Of a stretch of 56,562 nt of DNA, positions 48,478-56,562 are shown one piece after another. The position numbers were made by a program, and so were the translations under genes. This DNA comes from Myxococcota bacterium (lineage in GTDB: Bacteria > Myxococcota_A > UBA9160 > PR03): NCBI GenBank assembly GCA_041611735.1, contig JBFIML010000028.1:1-56562 (forward strand), given 5' to 3'. The notes under the pieces were generated by a model, which did no database searches, was not told the DNA's origin, and worked only from the letters and a program-made list of their open reading frames with translations. Position 1 is the first letter of the stretch. Each line of letters opens with the position of its first letter.

Positions 48478-49206
48478 ATGGGAGAACAAAGCGAGGTGCT
48501 GGTGCTCGACCTGGGACCCGAGAGTCTCGGCTCCCTGGTGCTGCGCATCCGGCGCCTGCGGCTGCCCGTGCTGCACGCCCGCGCCCCCGGCGAGGCGGAG
48601 CGCCTGATCGACGCCGAAGGCGAGCGGATCCGCGCCGTGCTCTTCCACCCCGAGCTGCCGGAAGCGGAGCGACAGGGGCTAATGACCCAACTACGCCAGC
48701 AGGCCTTCGAAGGCCCGCCGACCCTCGTGGTGGTGGGACGCCCTCCGAGCGCAGAGATCCGCGCCGGCCTGCGCGCGGAGGGGTTGGAGCAGGCCCTGTG
48801 GGAGCCCTTCGACGACCGGACCCTGCGCTTCGTGGTGAACGAGGCGCTGGCCCCGCCGTCGGCGCGGGCCACGCGCGAGGGCATCCGGGTGCCCGCCTCG
48901 GTGATGGCGCGCGTCGAGAGTGGGGGCCGCGTGCGCCAGGTGCACACCTACAGCCTGTCCACCACCGGGGCGTTCCTGGAGACACCGCGCCCTTCCGTGC
49001 GCGGGACCCGCCTCGGCGTGGAGATCCCGTTGCCCGACGGAGTGCTGCTTGCGGAGGCCCAGGTGGTGTTCTCCAACGTGCCCGGCAACCTGCAGCGGCC
49101 CAACCTGCCCCTGGGCATGGGGGTCCGCTTCGACGGGTTGAGCCGCGAGGAAGCAGCCCGTCTGCGCCGCTGCGTGGAGGCGCGGGCCACCCAGCTGCTG
49201 GTCTAG
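48478..49206 (+). CDS. PilZ-domain protein with degenerate receiver-like N-terminus
   Basis: SD GAGGAG; REGIR (RxxxR), SLSTTGAFLET, AEAQVV, GMGVRF. N-terminal alpha/beta region ending LWEPFD..TLRFVV. Confidence 0.82.
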   Translation: MGEQSEVLVLDLGPESLGSLVLRIRRLRLPVLHARAPGEAERLIDAEGERIRAVLFHPELPEAERQGLMTQLRQQAFEGPPTLVVVGRPPSAEIRAGLRAEGLEQALWEPFDDRTLRFVVNEALAPPSARATREGIRVPASVMARVESGGRVRQVHTYSLSTTGAFLETPRPSVRGTRLGVEIPLPDGVLLAEAQVVFSNVPGNLQRPNLPLGMGVRFDGLSREEAARLRRCVEARATQLLV

Positions 49207-49209
49207 TGC

Positions 49210-49845
49210 CTAGGGGTCGGGGGTCGGAGCGCCGACGACCCGCGCGCGCAGGGTCTCGGCCAGGGCCCGGAAGGCCAGCGCCCGGTGGGAGATCCGGTTC
49301 TTGCGGCTGGCGGGCAGCTCGGCCATGGAGCGACCCTCCCCCTCCACCGCGAAGATCGGGTCGTAGCCGAAGCCGCCTTGGCCGCGGGGGGCCTCGAGGA
49401 GGCGGCCCGTGCACTCGCCCCGGGCGGTCGTCACGCTGCCGTCGGGCCAGGCGAGTGCCGCGACGCACACGAAGCGGGCGCTGCGCCGCTGGGCCGGCAC
49501 CCCCTCCAAGGCGGCCAGCAGCGCGCGCACGCGGCCGGCGTCGTCGAGCCCGGCGCCTCCGTAGCGAGCCGAGCCAGGACCGGGGCCGCCGTCCAGCGCC
49601 TGCACTTCCAGGCCCGAGTCGTCCGCCAGGGCCGGGCGCCCGGCGCCGTGGGCCGCGGCACGCGCCTTGGCCACGGCGTTCGCCTCGTAGTCGTCGCCCT
49701 CCTCGGGGAGCCAGACCTCCGGAAAGGCGCCCACGCTGCGGAGCGAGAGCGGCAGGTCGCCCAGGATGGCGCGGATCTCCAGCAGCTTGCCCGGGTTGGA
49801 GGTGGCGACCACCACCTCCCGGTAGGAAGCTCGCCCCCCGCTCAC
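49210..49845 (-). CDS. rdgB: Non-canonical purine NTP pyrophosphatase
   Basis: ATSNPGK, ALADDSGL, GFGYDPIF, KNRISHR; coupled to rph. Confidence 0.96.
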   Translation of the reverse strand: MSGGRASYREVVVATSNPGKLLEIRAILGDLPLSLRSVGAFPEVWLPEEGDDYEANAVAKARAAAHGAGRPALADDSGLEVQALDGGPGPGSARYGGAGLDDAGRVRALLAALEGVPAQRRSARFVCVAALAWPDGSVTTARGECTGRLLEAPRGQGGFGYDPIFAVEGEGRSMAELPASRKNRISHRALAFRALAETLRARVVGAPTPDP

Positions 49846-50573
49846 GGGTCGAGCCGGGCCTGCGCCAGCGCCTTCGCCTGGTACCCCGCGAGCTCGCGGA
49901 TCCCGCGCAGCGCCAAGGCCGTCATGGCCTGCAGGGCCTCGCTCGAGAAGCTCCCGTGCTCGGCGGTGCCTTGCACCTCCACGAAGCGGCCGCTGGCGGT
50001 GGCCACCACGTTGAGGTCCACCTCTGCGCGGGAATCCTCCTCGTAGGGCAGGTCCAGCACGACCTGGCCGTCCACGATTCCGACCGAGACGGCCGCCACG
50101 GGCTCGCGCACCGGCGCCCTCGGCAGCACACCCCGGTGGGCCAGCCGCCGCAGCGCCAGGTCCAGCGCCACGAAGCCGCCGCTGATCGCCGCCGAGCGGG
50201 TACCTCCGTCGGCTTGGAACACGTCGCAGTCCACCCACAGGGTCCGCTCTCCCAGGGCGTCCAGCTCCACCGCCGCCCGCAGGCTGCGGCCGATCAGGCG
50301 CTGGATCTCCTGGGTGCGTCCGGAGAGGCGCCCGCGGGACGCCTCGCGCTGGGTGCGCCGGTCCGTGGAGCCGGGCAGGAGCGCGTACTCGGCCGTCACC
50401 CAGCCGCGTCCCGTGCCCTCCAGGAAGCGCGGCACCGTGAGCTCCTCGCTCACCGTGCAGAGCACCCGCGTGCGCCCCATGCCGAACAGGACCGACGCCA
50501 GCGGGTTCTCGGTGAAATCCAGCTGGACCTGGACGCAGCGCAGCGCTTCCGGGGCGCGCCCGTCGGCGCGCAT
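49842..50573 (-). CDS. rph: Ribonuclease PH
   Basis: MRADGR, GWVTAEY, GRTQEIQRLIGRSLR, QADGGTR, EVQGTAE. Confidence 0.97.
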   Translation of the reverse strand: MRADGRAPEALRCVQVQLDFTENPLASVLFGMGRTRVLCTVSEELTVPRFLEGTGRGWVTAEYALLPGSTDRRTQREASRGRLSGRTQEIQRLIGRSLRAAVELDALGERTLWVDCDVFQADGGTRSAAISGGFVALDLALRRLAHRGVLPRAPVREPVAAVSVGIVDGQVVLDLPYEEDSRAEVDLNVVATASGRFVEVQGTAEHGSFSSEALQAMTALALRGIRELAGYQAKALAQARLDP

Positions 50574-51373
50574 CAGCCGCCCTCGCCCGTGGCGTCCTGG
50601 CGGTGGGTCCCGCGCCGCGCGTCGTAGCGGCGCCCGAACTCGAGCACGGCTCGGGTCAGGGCCCGGGCAATCTCGGCGCGTCGCGCGGCGCCGCGCAGCG
50701 CCTGCCCTTCCTCCTGGTTCGTGACGAAGCCGATCTCCACCAGCGAGGCCGGCATCTGCAGGCCCATCAGCACCACGAAGGGTGCCTGCTTCACCCCCCG
50801 GGAGGGGCGCCCGTCCAGGGTCGCCAGCTCCCCCTGGGCCAGGCGGGCGAATTCGTTCGACTCCCTCAGGTGCTCGGTGGCCATGAGGTCGCCCAGGATC
50901 GAGAGCAGCGGGTCCCCCTCCCCGAGTCCGGGAAGCTTCACGCGCTGGAACGCGTCGTTCTCGCGTCGCGCTACCTGACGGGCGGCGTCGTCGCTGGCCT
51001 CGAGGGACAGGAAGTAGGTCTCGATGCCCCGCACCCGGGCGCTGCGCGCCGCGTTGGCGTGGATCGAGACGAAGAGGTCCGCGCGTGCGTCGTTCGCAAT
51101 GGCGGTGCGCTGCTCGAGGGGCACGAAGCGGTCGTCCTTGCGGGTGAGCACGACGCGAAGGCCCTGGGCCTCGAGGCGACTGGCCAGCTGGCGAGCCACG
51201 TCGAGCACGAGCTCCTTCTCGGTGAGTCCCCGGGGACCGCGAGCGCCCTCGTCCTCCCCGCCGTGGCCGGCGTCGATCACGACCACGTCGAAGCGGTCCT
51301 GCTCCACTTCCGCCGCCCCGATCAGGGCGAGCGGGAGCAGCACGGCCCAGAGCCCGCGCGAACGTCGGCCCAC
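50573..51373 (-). CDS. N-acetylmuramoyl-L-alanine amidase (Amidase_3)
   Basis: VVIDAGHGGED, EKELVL, FVSIHANA, SLVEIGF. Confidence 0.95.
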   Translation of the reverse strand: MGRRSRGLWAVLLPLALIGAAEVEQDRFDVVVIDAGHGGEDEGARGPRGLTEKELVLDVARQLASRLEAQGLRVVLTRKDDRFVPLEQRTAIANDARADLFVSIHANAARSARVRGIETYFLSLEASDDAARQVARRENDAFQRVKLPGLGEGDPLLSILGDLMATEHLRESNEFARLAQGELATLDGRPSRGVKQAPFVVLMGLQMPASLVEIGFVTNQEEGQALRGAARRAEIARALTRAVLEFGRRYDARRGTHRQDATGEGG

Positions 51374-51494
51374 GACGCCTACACCCCTCCCTGCGGGGCA
51401 AAGTACCCCAGAAGAGGGTCGGCGTGCGAGCCGATGCGCTGAAGTCCGGGGCCCGGCCCGCAGGCGGACGGGGCGCCCGGGGACGTCCGTGACC

Positions 51495-53264
51495 TCAGGA
51501 GCCTTCCGGTGCCGCCCTGGCGGGGTCGGGCTCCGGCGTGAACCCTTCGAAACTCGCCCCGGCGGGAACCGGCTCGCCGAAAAGCGCCCCCTGCACGAGC
51601 TCGCAGCCGTAGCGGCGCAGGAGCGCCAGCTGCTCCGCGCTCTCCACGCCCGCGGCCCCCACCTCCAGGTCCAATCTGCGCGCCAACGCGATCAATGCCT
51701 CTGCCACGCGCTCCTTGGAGGCATCGCAACCCAATCCAGCCACGATGGAACGGTCCAGCTTCACGCCGACCGCCCCCGTGCCCTCGAGGTCCAGCAGCGA
51801 GAAGCGCCCCGCGCCGAAATCGTCGATCCAGACCCGAACGCCCAGCTTTCGCAACAGCTCCAGGGTCGTTCGCAGCACGCCCGGTTCGTCGTTGACGCCG
51901 TTCTCGCTGATCCCGATCTCGAGCCTGCGGGCGTCCAATCCGGAGTCTCGGAGGCACCCTTTCAGGGTCGCAACGAAGTTCTTCTGGCGCAGCTGGCGCA
52001 AGCTCACGCTCACGGCGACCCGCACGCCGCGGCTGACCACCTCGCTCCACCGCATCGCGTCCTCGCAGGCCCGGCGCAGCAGCCACTCGCCGATCTGGAG
52101 CAAGACGCCCGACCCCTGCGCCGCAGGCATGAACTCCTCGGCGTCCAGCAGGCCGCGCCGCGGATGGCGCCAGCGAAGCAGCGCCTCGACGGCCAGCAAC
52201 TGGCCCGTTGCGCTGTGCACCCGCCGCTCGTAGTGGACGACCATCTCCTTGCGTCCGAGCGCGCCTTCCAGGTCGTCTCGCAGACCGGCCGGGTCCCGGG
52301 CAACGGGGTCGTGGCCTTCGTCCAGGTGGAAGCGGTACTGGCTGGGTCCCGCTGCCTTGGCGCGGTACATCGCCGCATCGGCGTGGCGGATCAGCGTGGC
52401 CGCGTTGCGCCCGTCGCGGGGAAAGACGGCGATCCCGATGCTGGCGCTCAGCGAGAGTTCCTGCCCCCCCACCAGGTACGGCCGGGCCAGGGCGGACACG
52501 AGCTTCTCCGCCACCACGGCCGGATCCCCTTCGCGCAAGACGTCCTGTGCGACCACGACGAACTCGTCTCCCCCCAGGCGGGCGGAGAGGTCGCTGCGCC
52601 GCACGGTGTTCGCCACGCGTTCGCCGACGGCCTTGAGGATCTCGTCCCCCACGTGATGGCCCAGGTCGTCGTTGATCCGCTTGAAGTCGTTCAGGTCGAT
52701 GAACAGAATGGCCAGTTGCTTGTCGTTGCGGGAGGCGTAGGCCAGCACCCGGCCGAGTTGATCCTGGAAGTAGGCGCGATTCGGGAGGCCGGTGAGCCCA
52801 TCGTGGTTGGCCAGGAAGTATTCGCGCCGCCGGGCCAGCGTGAGCTCGGAGAGAAGCCGGTGGCGCTCGATGGCGCTGCGCAGCGTTCGGAGCACGGTCA
52901 TGCGATCCGACTCGTGCTTGATCAGGAAGTCCTGGGCCCCGTAGCGCAGCGCCTTGAAGGCCAGGTCCTCCTGATCGGACCCCACCAGGACGATGACCGG
53001 GACGGTCCAGGCCATGACACGGGCCCGAACCAGCGTTTCCTCTCCCCACGCATCCGGAAGACTCAGGTCGAGGAGCACCGCGTCGAAGAGCTCGTCCTTG
53101 ATCCGGCGCGCCGCCTCTTCGAAGCCACGAGCAGCGTGAGTCTGGAAGCGGGTGTCATCGCAGCTCTCCAGCAGCTGCCGCAACCGCTTGCCCTCGGCCG
53201 CGTCGTCCCCGACGAGCAGGATCCGGAGCTGTTGGGCAATGGGTGCGTCCAAGATTTCCGTCAT
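51495..53264 (-). CDS. REC-GGDEF-EAL protein (intact GGDEF, degenerate EAL)
   Basis: REC LLDLSLPD; HDGLTGLPNR, INDDLGH..GD, RRSD I-site, RLGGDEF; EAL domain VEALLRW and DDFG with several catalytic substitutions. Confidence 0.93.
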   Translation of the reverse strand: MTEILDAPIAQQLRILLVGDDAAEGKRLRQLLESCDDTRFQTHAARGFEEAARRIKDELFDAVLLDLSLPDAWGEETLVRARVMAWTVPVIVLVGSDQEDLAFKALRYGAQDFLIKHESDRMTVLRTLRSAIERHRLLSELTLARRREYFLANHDGLTGLPNRAYFQDQLGRVLAYASRNDKQLAILFIDLNDFKRINDDLGHHVGDEILKAVGERVANTVRRSDLSARLGGDEFVVVAQDVLREGDPAVVAEKLVSALARPYLVGGQELSLSASIGIAVFPRDGRNAATLIRHADAAMYRAKAAGPSQYRFHLDEGHDPVARDPAGLRDDLEGALGRKEMVVHYERRVHSATGQLLAVEALLRWRHPRRGLLDAEEFMPAAQGSGVLLQIGEWLLRRACEDAMRWSEVVSRGVRVAVSVSLRQLRQKNFVATLKGCLRDSGLDARRLEIGISENGVNDEPGVLRTTLELLRKLGVRVWIDDFGAGRFSLLDLEGTGAVGVKLDRSIVAGLGCDASKERVAEALIALARRLDLEVGAAGVESAEQLALLRRYGCELVQGALFGEPVPAGASFEGFTPEPDPARAAPEGS

Positions 53265-53362
53265 CGCCGAACTGCCTGACCGTCCGCCTGGAACGAGTGA
53301 AGACGAGGTCCGACTTCGCGAGACTGCTTATCGGTGCAGCCGGCAGGAGACTCCATCCAGGG

Positions 53363-54193
53363 TTACCCGGAGGCGGACGGCGGGGCCTCCTGAAGGGCGA
53401 GCAGGTCCCCGAGCGTGGCGAGCTCGGGCCGCTCCAGGGCGATGTGCAGCAGCTCCACCAGGGCCCGCGCAGTGGCCTCGGCGTCGCCCAGGGCCCGGTG
53501 ACGGGCGGGATTCGAGATGCCGAAGTGGGCGGAGAGCGCGTCGAGGCCGTAGCGGCCGAGCCGCGGGAGCAGCCGACGCGCGAGCATGCGAGTGCACAGG
53601 ACGGGCCGGGCCAGGGGCGGCAGTCCGTGCTCGTGCAGCGCCCGCGCCACGAAGCCCGCGTCGAAGCGCGCGTTGTGGGCGACGAAGGGCGCGTCCGGCG
53701 CGAGGGCGAGCCAGGCGTGGAAGCGGGTCACGGCCTCGGCAAGCGGCGGGGCCCCCTCCACGGTCTCCGCCTCGATGCCGGTGAGTCGCGTGATCGAGCG
53801 GGGGATCGGCAGGTTCGGGTCGATCAGGGTGTGGAAGCGCTCGGTGGGACGCAGGCCGGCCACGCGCACCGCGCCGATCTCCAGGATCGAGGCCCGGGTC
53901 GGGGCGAGCCCCGTGGTTTCCAGATCGACCACCAGGAACTCGGCGCTGGCGAGCGCGCGTCGACCCGCGAGCCCGTGGGCCAGCAACGCCAGGTCACGCG
54001 GCCCGAGGGGTTCGGGCAGGTTGTCCACGGGGCCGCCCAGGAAGGCAGCCAGCAGACGCCGGGCCAGGTGATCCTCCACGGGCGCCCGGAGCGACAGGAG
54101 CCGTCGCGCCAGCTCGCAAGCCGGAAGCGGCTCACCCGCCTCGCCGAGCCGGGCGAGCACGCCGCGCAGCGCGCCGGGCGGAACGGCGGACAC
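53363..54193 (-). CDS. DEDDh 3'-5' exonuclease (DnaQ/PolC-epsilon-like) with N-terminal extension
   Basis: VVDLETTG, FVAHNARFD, RHRALGDA. GTG 54193 has a GAGG SD and lies downstream of a predicted promoter. Confidence 0.9.
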   Translation of the reverse strand: MSAVPPGALRGVLARLGEAGEPLPACELARRLLSLRAPVEDHLARRLLAAFLGGPVDNLPEPLGPRDLALLAHGLAGRRALASAEFLVVDLETTGLAPTRASILEIGAVRVAGLRPTERFHTLIDPNLPIPRSITRLTGIEAETVEGAPPLAEAVTRFHAWLALAPDAPFVAHNARFDAGFVARALHEHGLPPLARPVLCTRMLARRLLPRLGRYGLDALSAHFGISNPARHRALGDAEATARALVELLHIALERPELATLGDLLALQEAPPSASG

Positions 54194-54239
54194 GCCAACC
54201 TCGACGGAGGAGAGCCGGACCCGGGGAGGGGACCCATCG

Positions 54240-54268
54240 AGCGTAGGAAGCGCCCCGCAGGGGGTCAA
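54240..54268 (-). promoter_or_regulatory. sigma70-type promoter for the exonuclease gene
   Basis: TTGACC (54268-63), 17 bp, TACGCT (54245-40). Confidence 0.65.
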
Positions 54269-54312
54269 GCGCTGCGGTGACACGCCCCGCCGGGCTGCTA
54301 TTCCTTTGCAGA

Positions 54313-56403
54313 ATGAGGGGTCGTATCGCCCCGGTGCTGCTCGCCCTCGCCACGGCGACGGCGATGGCGCCGGCTGCCGCCGAGCCGCCCGCAGTGGCCC
54401 GCGCGCGCTACTCGGTGGAGGGCGAGACCCTCACGGCCGCCACCGTCTTCTTCCTGGCGGCGGCCGTGGAGGGGGGCACCGCCGCCGTGGGGGCGGCCCA
54501 CTCCTTCGACCTGCGCAAGCTGCCTCGCGCCGAGCGCGTGGACTTCCAGCTCGGACGCTCCGGCCGGCGCGTGAGCGCGGCGACGCGGCTGCTCGCCTCG
54601 CCCGGGCGTCCCTTCTCCGCCCCGGGCGGCACGCTGCGCGACGACTTCGTGCTCTTCGCCCTGGATCTCCCGCTCGACGGCGTGCGCGTGCTCGAGGCGG
54701 ACCCCCGTCCGCGGCCGGAGCCGGGCGAGCGGGTGCGGATCCTCGGCGTGCCGGCCACGATCCCCCGGGACGAGGACGACATCTTCGGCCGGGTGCTCGA
54801 GGTGGACGCGACCCGCCTCGAGATCGAGCTGGACGTGACGTACGACCTGCGCGGGTGGGGCGGTGCGCCCGTGCTCACCCAGGAGGGGGGACGCGTGGTG
54901 GGCATCCTCCAGGCCGCCTGGCCGGAAGGCGCCACCCTGCGCGTGGCGGCCACCCCGATCGAAGCCGTGACCGAGGCCCTGGCGGGTGCGCTGGGGGGCG
55001 GTCGCGGGCGACCCCTGGCCGAGTTCCGGGGCGCCGCGCTGCCGCCGGCGCAGGCGCCCACCGCGGCGCCGCCGCGGGAGGTGTCCGTGCCGGCCGCCCG
55101 GACCCCCTCGGGCGGCGCCCTGCTGGGGCGGGCCACCCAGGGGACCGCCCGACCGATCTGGGTCGAGATCGAGCATCCGAGCGACGAGGCGGTGGTGAGC
55201 GACCCGCTCGGCGCCTTCGTGGCCGGGCGGGCGCTGGCGCCGCGGGGCGATTTCCGCCGCATCGACGTGGTGGTGGTGATCGATACCTCCGGCTCCACGC
55301 GAGAGCCGACGGGCGTGGACGTGAACGAGAACGGGGTGGTGGGCAAGCCTCAGCTCGGCGCCCTGGGCGGCCTCTTCGAGCTGGGCAGCACGGACGCCGG
55401 CGATTCGATCCTCGCCGCGGAGGTGGCGGCGGCCCGTCACCTCCTGCGCTCCCTGGACCCACGCAGTACCCGGGTGGGACTCGTCACCTTCGCCGGCGAG
55501 TCCTCGAGCGGCGGCTTCTTCGGCCGGCGCCCGGCCGCGTCCCTGACCGAGGTCGAGCTCACCACGGAATTCGCGCGCGTCGAGGAGGCCCTGGATCGCG
55601 TGCTCGAGCGCGGGCCTCGCGGCAGCACCCACATGGCCGCCGGCGTGGACCAGGCCACGATCGAGCTGCTCGGCCTGCGCGGCGCCCGCTCGGAGCCGGA
55701 TCCCCAGGCGGAGAAGGTCGTGCTGTTCCTGACCGATGGGCGCCCCACCCTGCCCTACGGGCCCGGCTTCGAGAGCGACAACGTGAAGTCGGTACTGCGG
55801 GCCGCGGAGCGCGGTGCCCGCTCGGGCGTCCAGGTGCACACCTTCGGAATCGGCGCAGAAGCGCTGGAGGGACCCATCGCGCTGGTGGAGCTCGCCACGC
55901 GGACCGACGGCATCTTCACGCCCGTGCGCGATCCCGGCAACCTGGTGGACGTGATCGAGCACGTCGACTTCGCCAACGTCGAATCGATCCGGGTGGAGAA
56001 TCGGACCACGGGGGAGCCTGCCGAGCCGGTGGTGAAGAATCCGGATGGAACCTTCGCTGCACTGGTGCCCATGCGCGCCGGACCGAATCGCATCGAAGTG
56101 ACGGCCCGGGCCAGCGATGGCTCCGAAGCCAGCAGCCAGGTCGTGGTCCAGTACGCCCCGGACGGCCCCGCGGCCGCCGTGCCGCCGCCGCTGGTGGCCC
56201 AGCACAACCGCCTGCTCGAGCAGCGCCTGCTCGAGCTGAAGCGCGACCGGCTGCAGCTCGAGCGAACAGAGGCGGAGAAGGCCCGCAAGGAGCTGCTGAT
56301 CGAGATCCAGCGGGAGCGGGAGGAAGCGCGTGAGCGCGCCGACCGGCAGCGCAAGGAGCTCGAGCTCAAGGTGGAGCCGGAGCCCGAGGCACCTTCCCCC
56401 TAG
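54313..56403 (+). CDS. Exported protein: trypsin-like (probably inactive) domain + vWA domain + beta-rich segment + coiled coil
   Basis: Signal peptide; GAAH, DFVLF, GWGGAPV, RVVGI; MIDAS VVIDTSGST, FLTDG, VHTFGIG; C-terminal E/R/K heptads. Confidence 0.85.
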   Translation: MRGRIAPVLLALATATAMAPAAAEPPAVARARYSVEGETLTAATVFFLAAAVEGGTAAVGAAHSFDLRKLPRAERVDFQLGRSGRRVSAATRLLASPGRPFSAPGGTLRDDFVLFALDLPLDGVRVLEADPRPRPEPGERVRILGVPATIPRDEDDIFGRVLEVDATRLEIELDVTYDLRGWGGAPVLTQEGGRVVGILQAAWPEGATLRVAATPIEAVTEALAGALGGGRGRPLAEFRGAALPPAQAPTAAPPREVSVPAARTPSGGALLGRATQGTARPIWVEIEHPSDEAVVSDPLGAFVAGRALAPRGDFRRIDVVVVIDTSGSTREPTGVDVNENGVVGKPQLGALGGLFELGSTDAGDSILAAEVAAARHLLRSLDPRSTRVGLVTFAGESSSGGFFGRRPAASLTEVELTTEFARVEEALDRVLERGPRGSTHMAAGVDQATIELLGLRGARSEPDPQAEKVVLFLTDGRPTLPYGPGFESDNVKSVLRAAERGARSGVQVHTFGIGAEALEGPIALVELATRTDGIFTPVRDPGNLVDVIEHVDFANVESIRVENRTTGEPAEPVVKNPDGTFAALVPMRAGPNRIEVTARASDGSEASSQVVVQYAPDGPAAAVPPPLVAQHNRLLEQRLLELKRDRLQLERTEAEKARKELLIEIQREREEARERADRQRKELELKVEPEPEAPSP

Positions 56404-56561
56404 GCACCGGCCTCGGAGCCGCGGCGGCGCAGCCAGGCGGCCCAGTCGCCCCCCGGCACCCGGGGCAAGCCGCGGACGTCCCGGTTGTAGACGTAGCTCC
56501 AGCAACGCAGACTCGAAGCGCCGCTGCGCAGCGCTCGCACGCGACGGCGCACGAACAGGCT
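56400..56561 (-). CDS. C-terminus of a probable gamma-glutamylcyclotransferase (AIG2-like); 5' part outside the window
   Basis: Manual translation SLFVRRRV...CWSYVYNRDVRGLPRVPGGDW...*. Its TAG shares the CTAG palindrome with the stop of the convergent gene. Confidence 0.65.
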   Translation of the reverse strand, partial: SLFVRRRVRALRSGASSLRCWSYVYNRDVRGLPRVPGGDWAAWLRRRGSEAGA

Positions 56562-56562
56562 C

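Noticed and set aside
17060-56561. Functional link between oxoprolinase and the terminal gamma-glutamylcyclotransferase-like gene
   Set aside because: Biochemically plausible, but they are about 36 kb apart with no shared regulatory evidence, and the second gene is only partly visible.

Overview
Very GC-rich, gene-dense bacterial chromosome segment. Gene content and protein style suggest a Myxococcota/deltaproteobacterium-like diderm (inference only). About 46 credible CDS and two tRNAs were found; no integrase, transposase, prophage, rRNA or CRISPR array was recognised. Housekeeping blocks are tRNA-Leu-tig-clpP-clpX-lon, tRNA-Lys, murJ and amidase-rph-rdgB. Accessory modules are: a DprE1/DprE2/UbiA polyprenyl-phospho-arabinose set; two phospholipase D genes; a Lys/Arg-tailed histone-like gene beside an aeRF1-like (baeRF) gene; a KamA-like radical SAM enzyme paired with a Ddl-like ligase; a CsoR-CopA copper operon extended by a rhodanese-class III cyclase fusion with non-canonical specificity residues; two divergent ECF sigma factors sharing an inverted GTAACC promoter motif; and a TonB receptor-YfiR-CHASE8/HAMP chemoreceptor-PilZ operon. 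The best candidates for an undescribed system are the TonB/YfiR module wired to an MCP rather than a cyclase or kinase, and the copper-operon rhodanese-cyclase. All calls come from motif recognition by eye; no searches were run.
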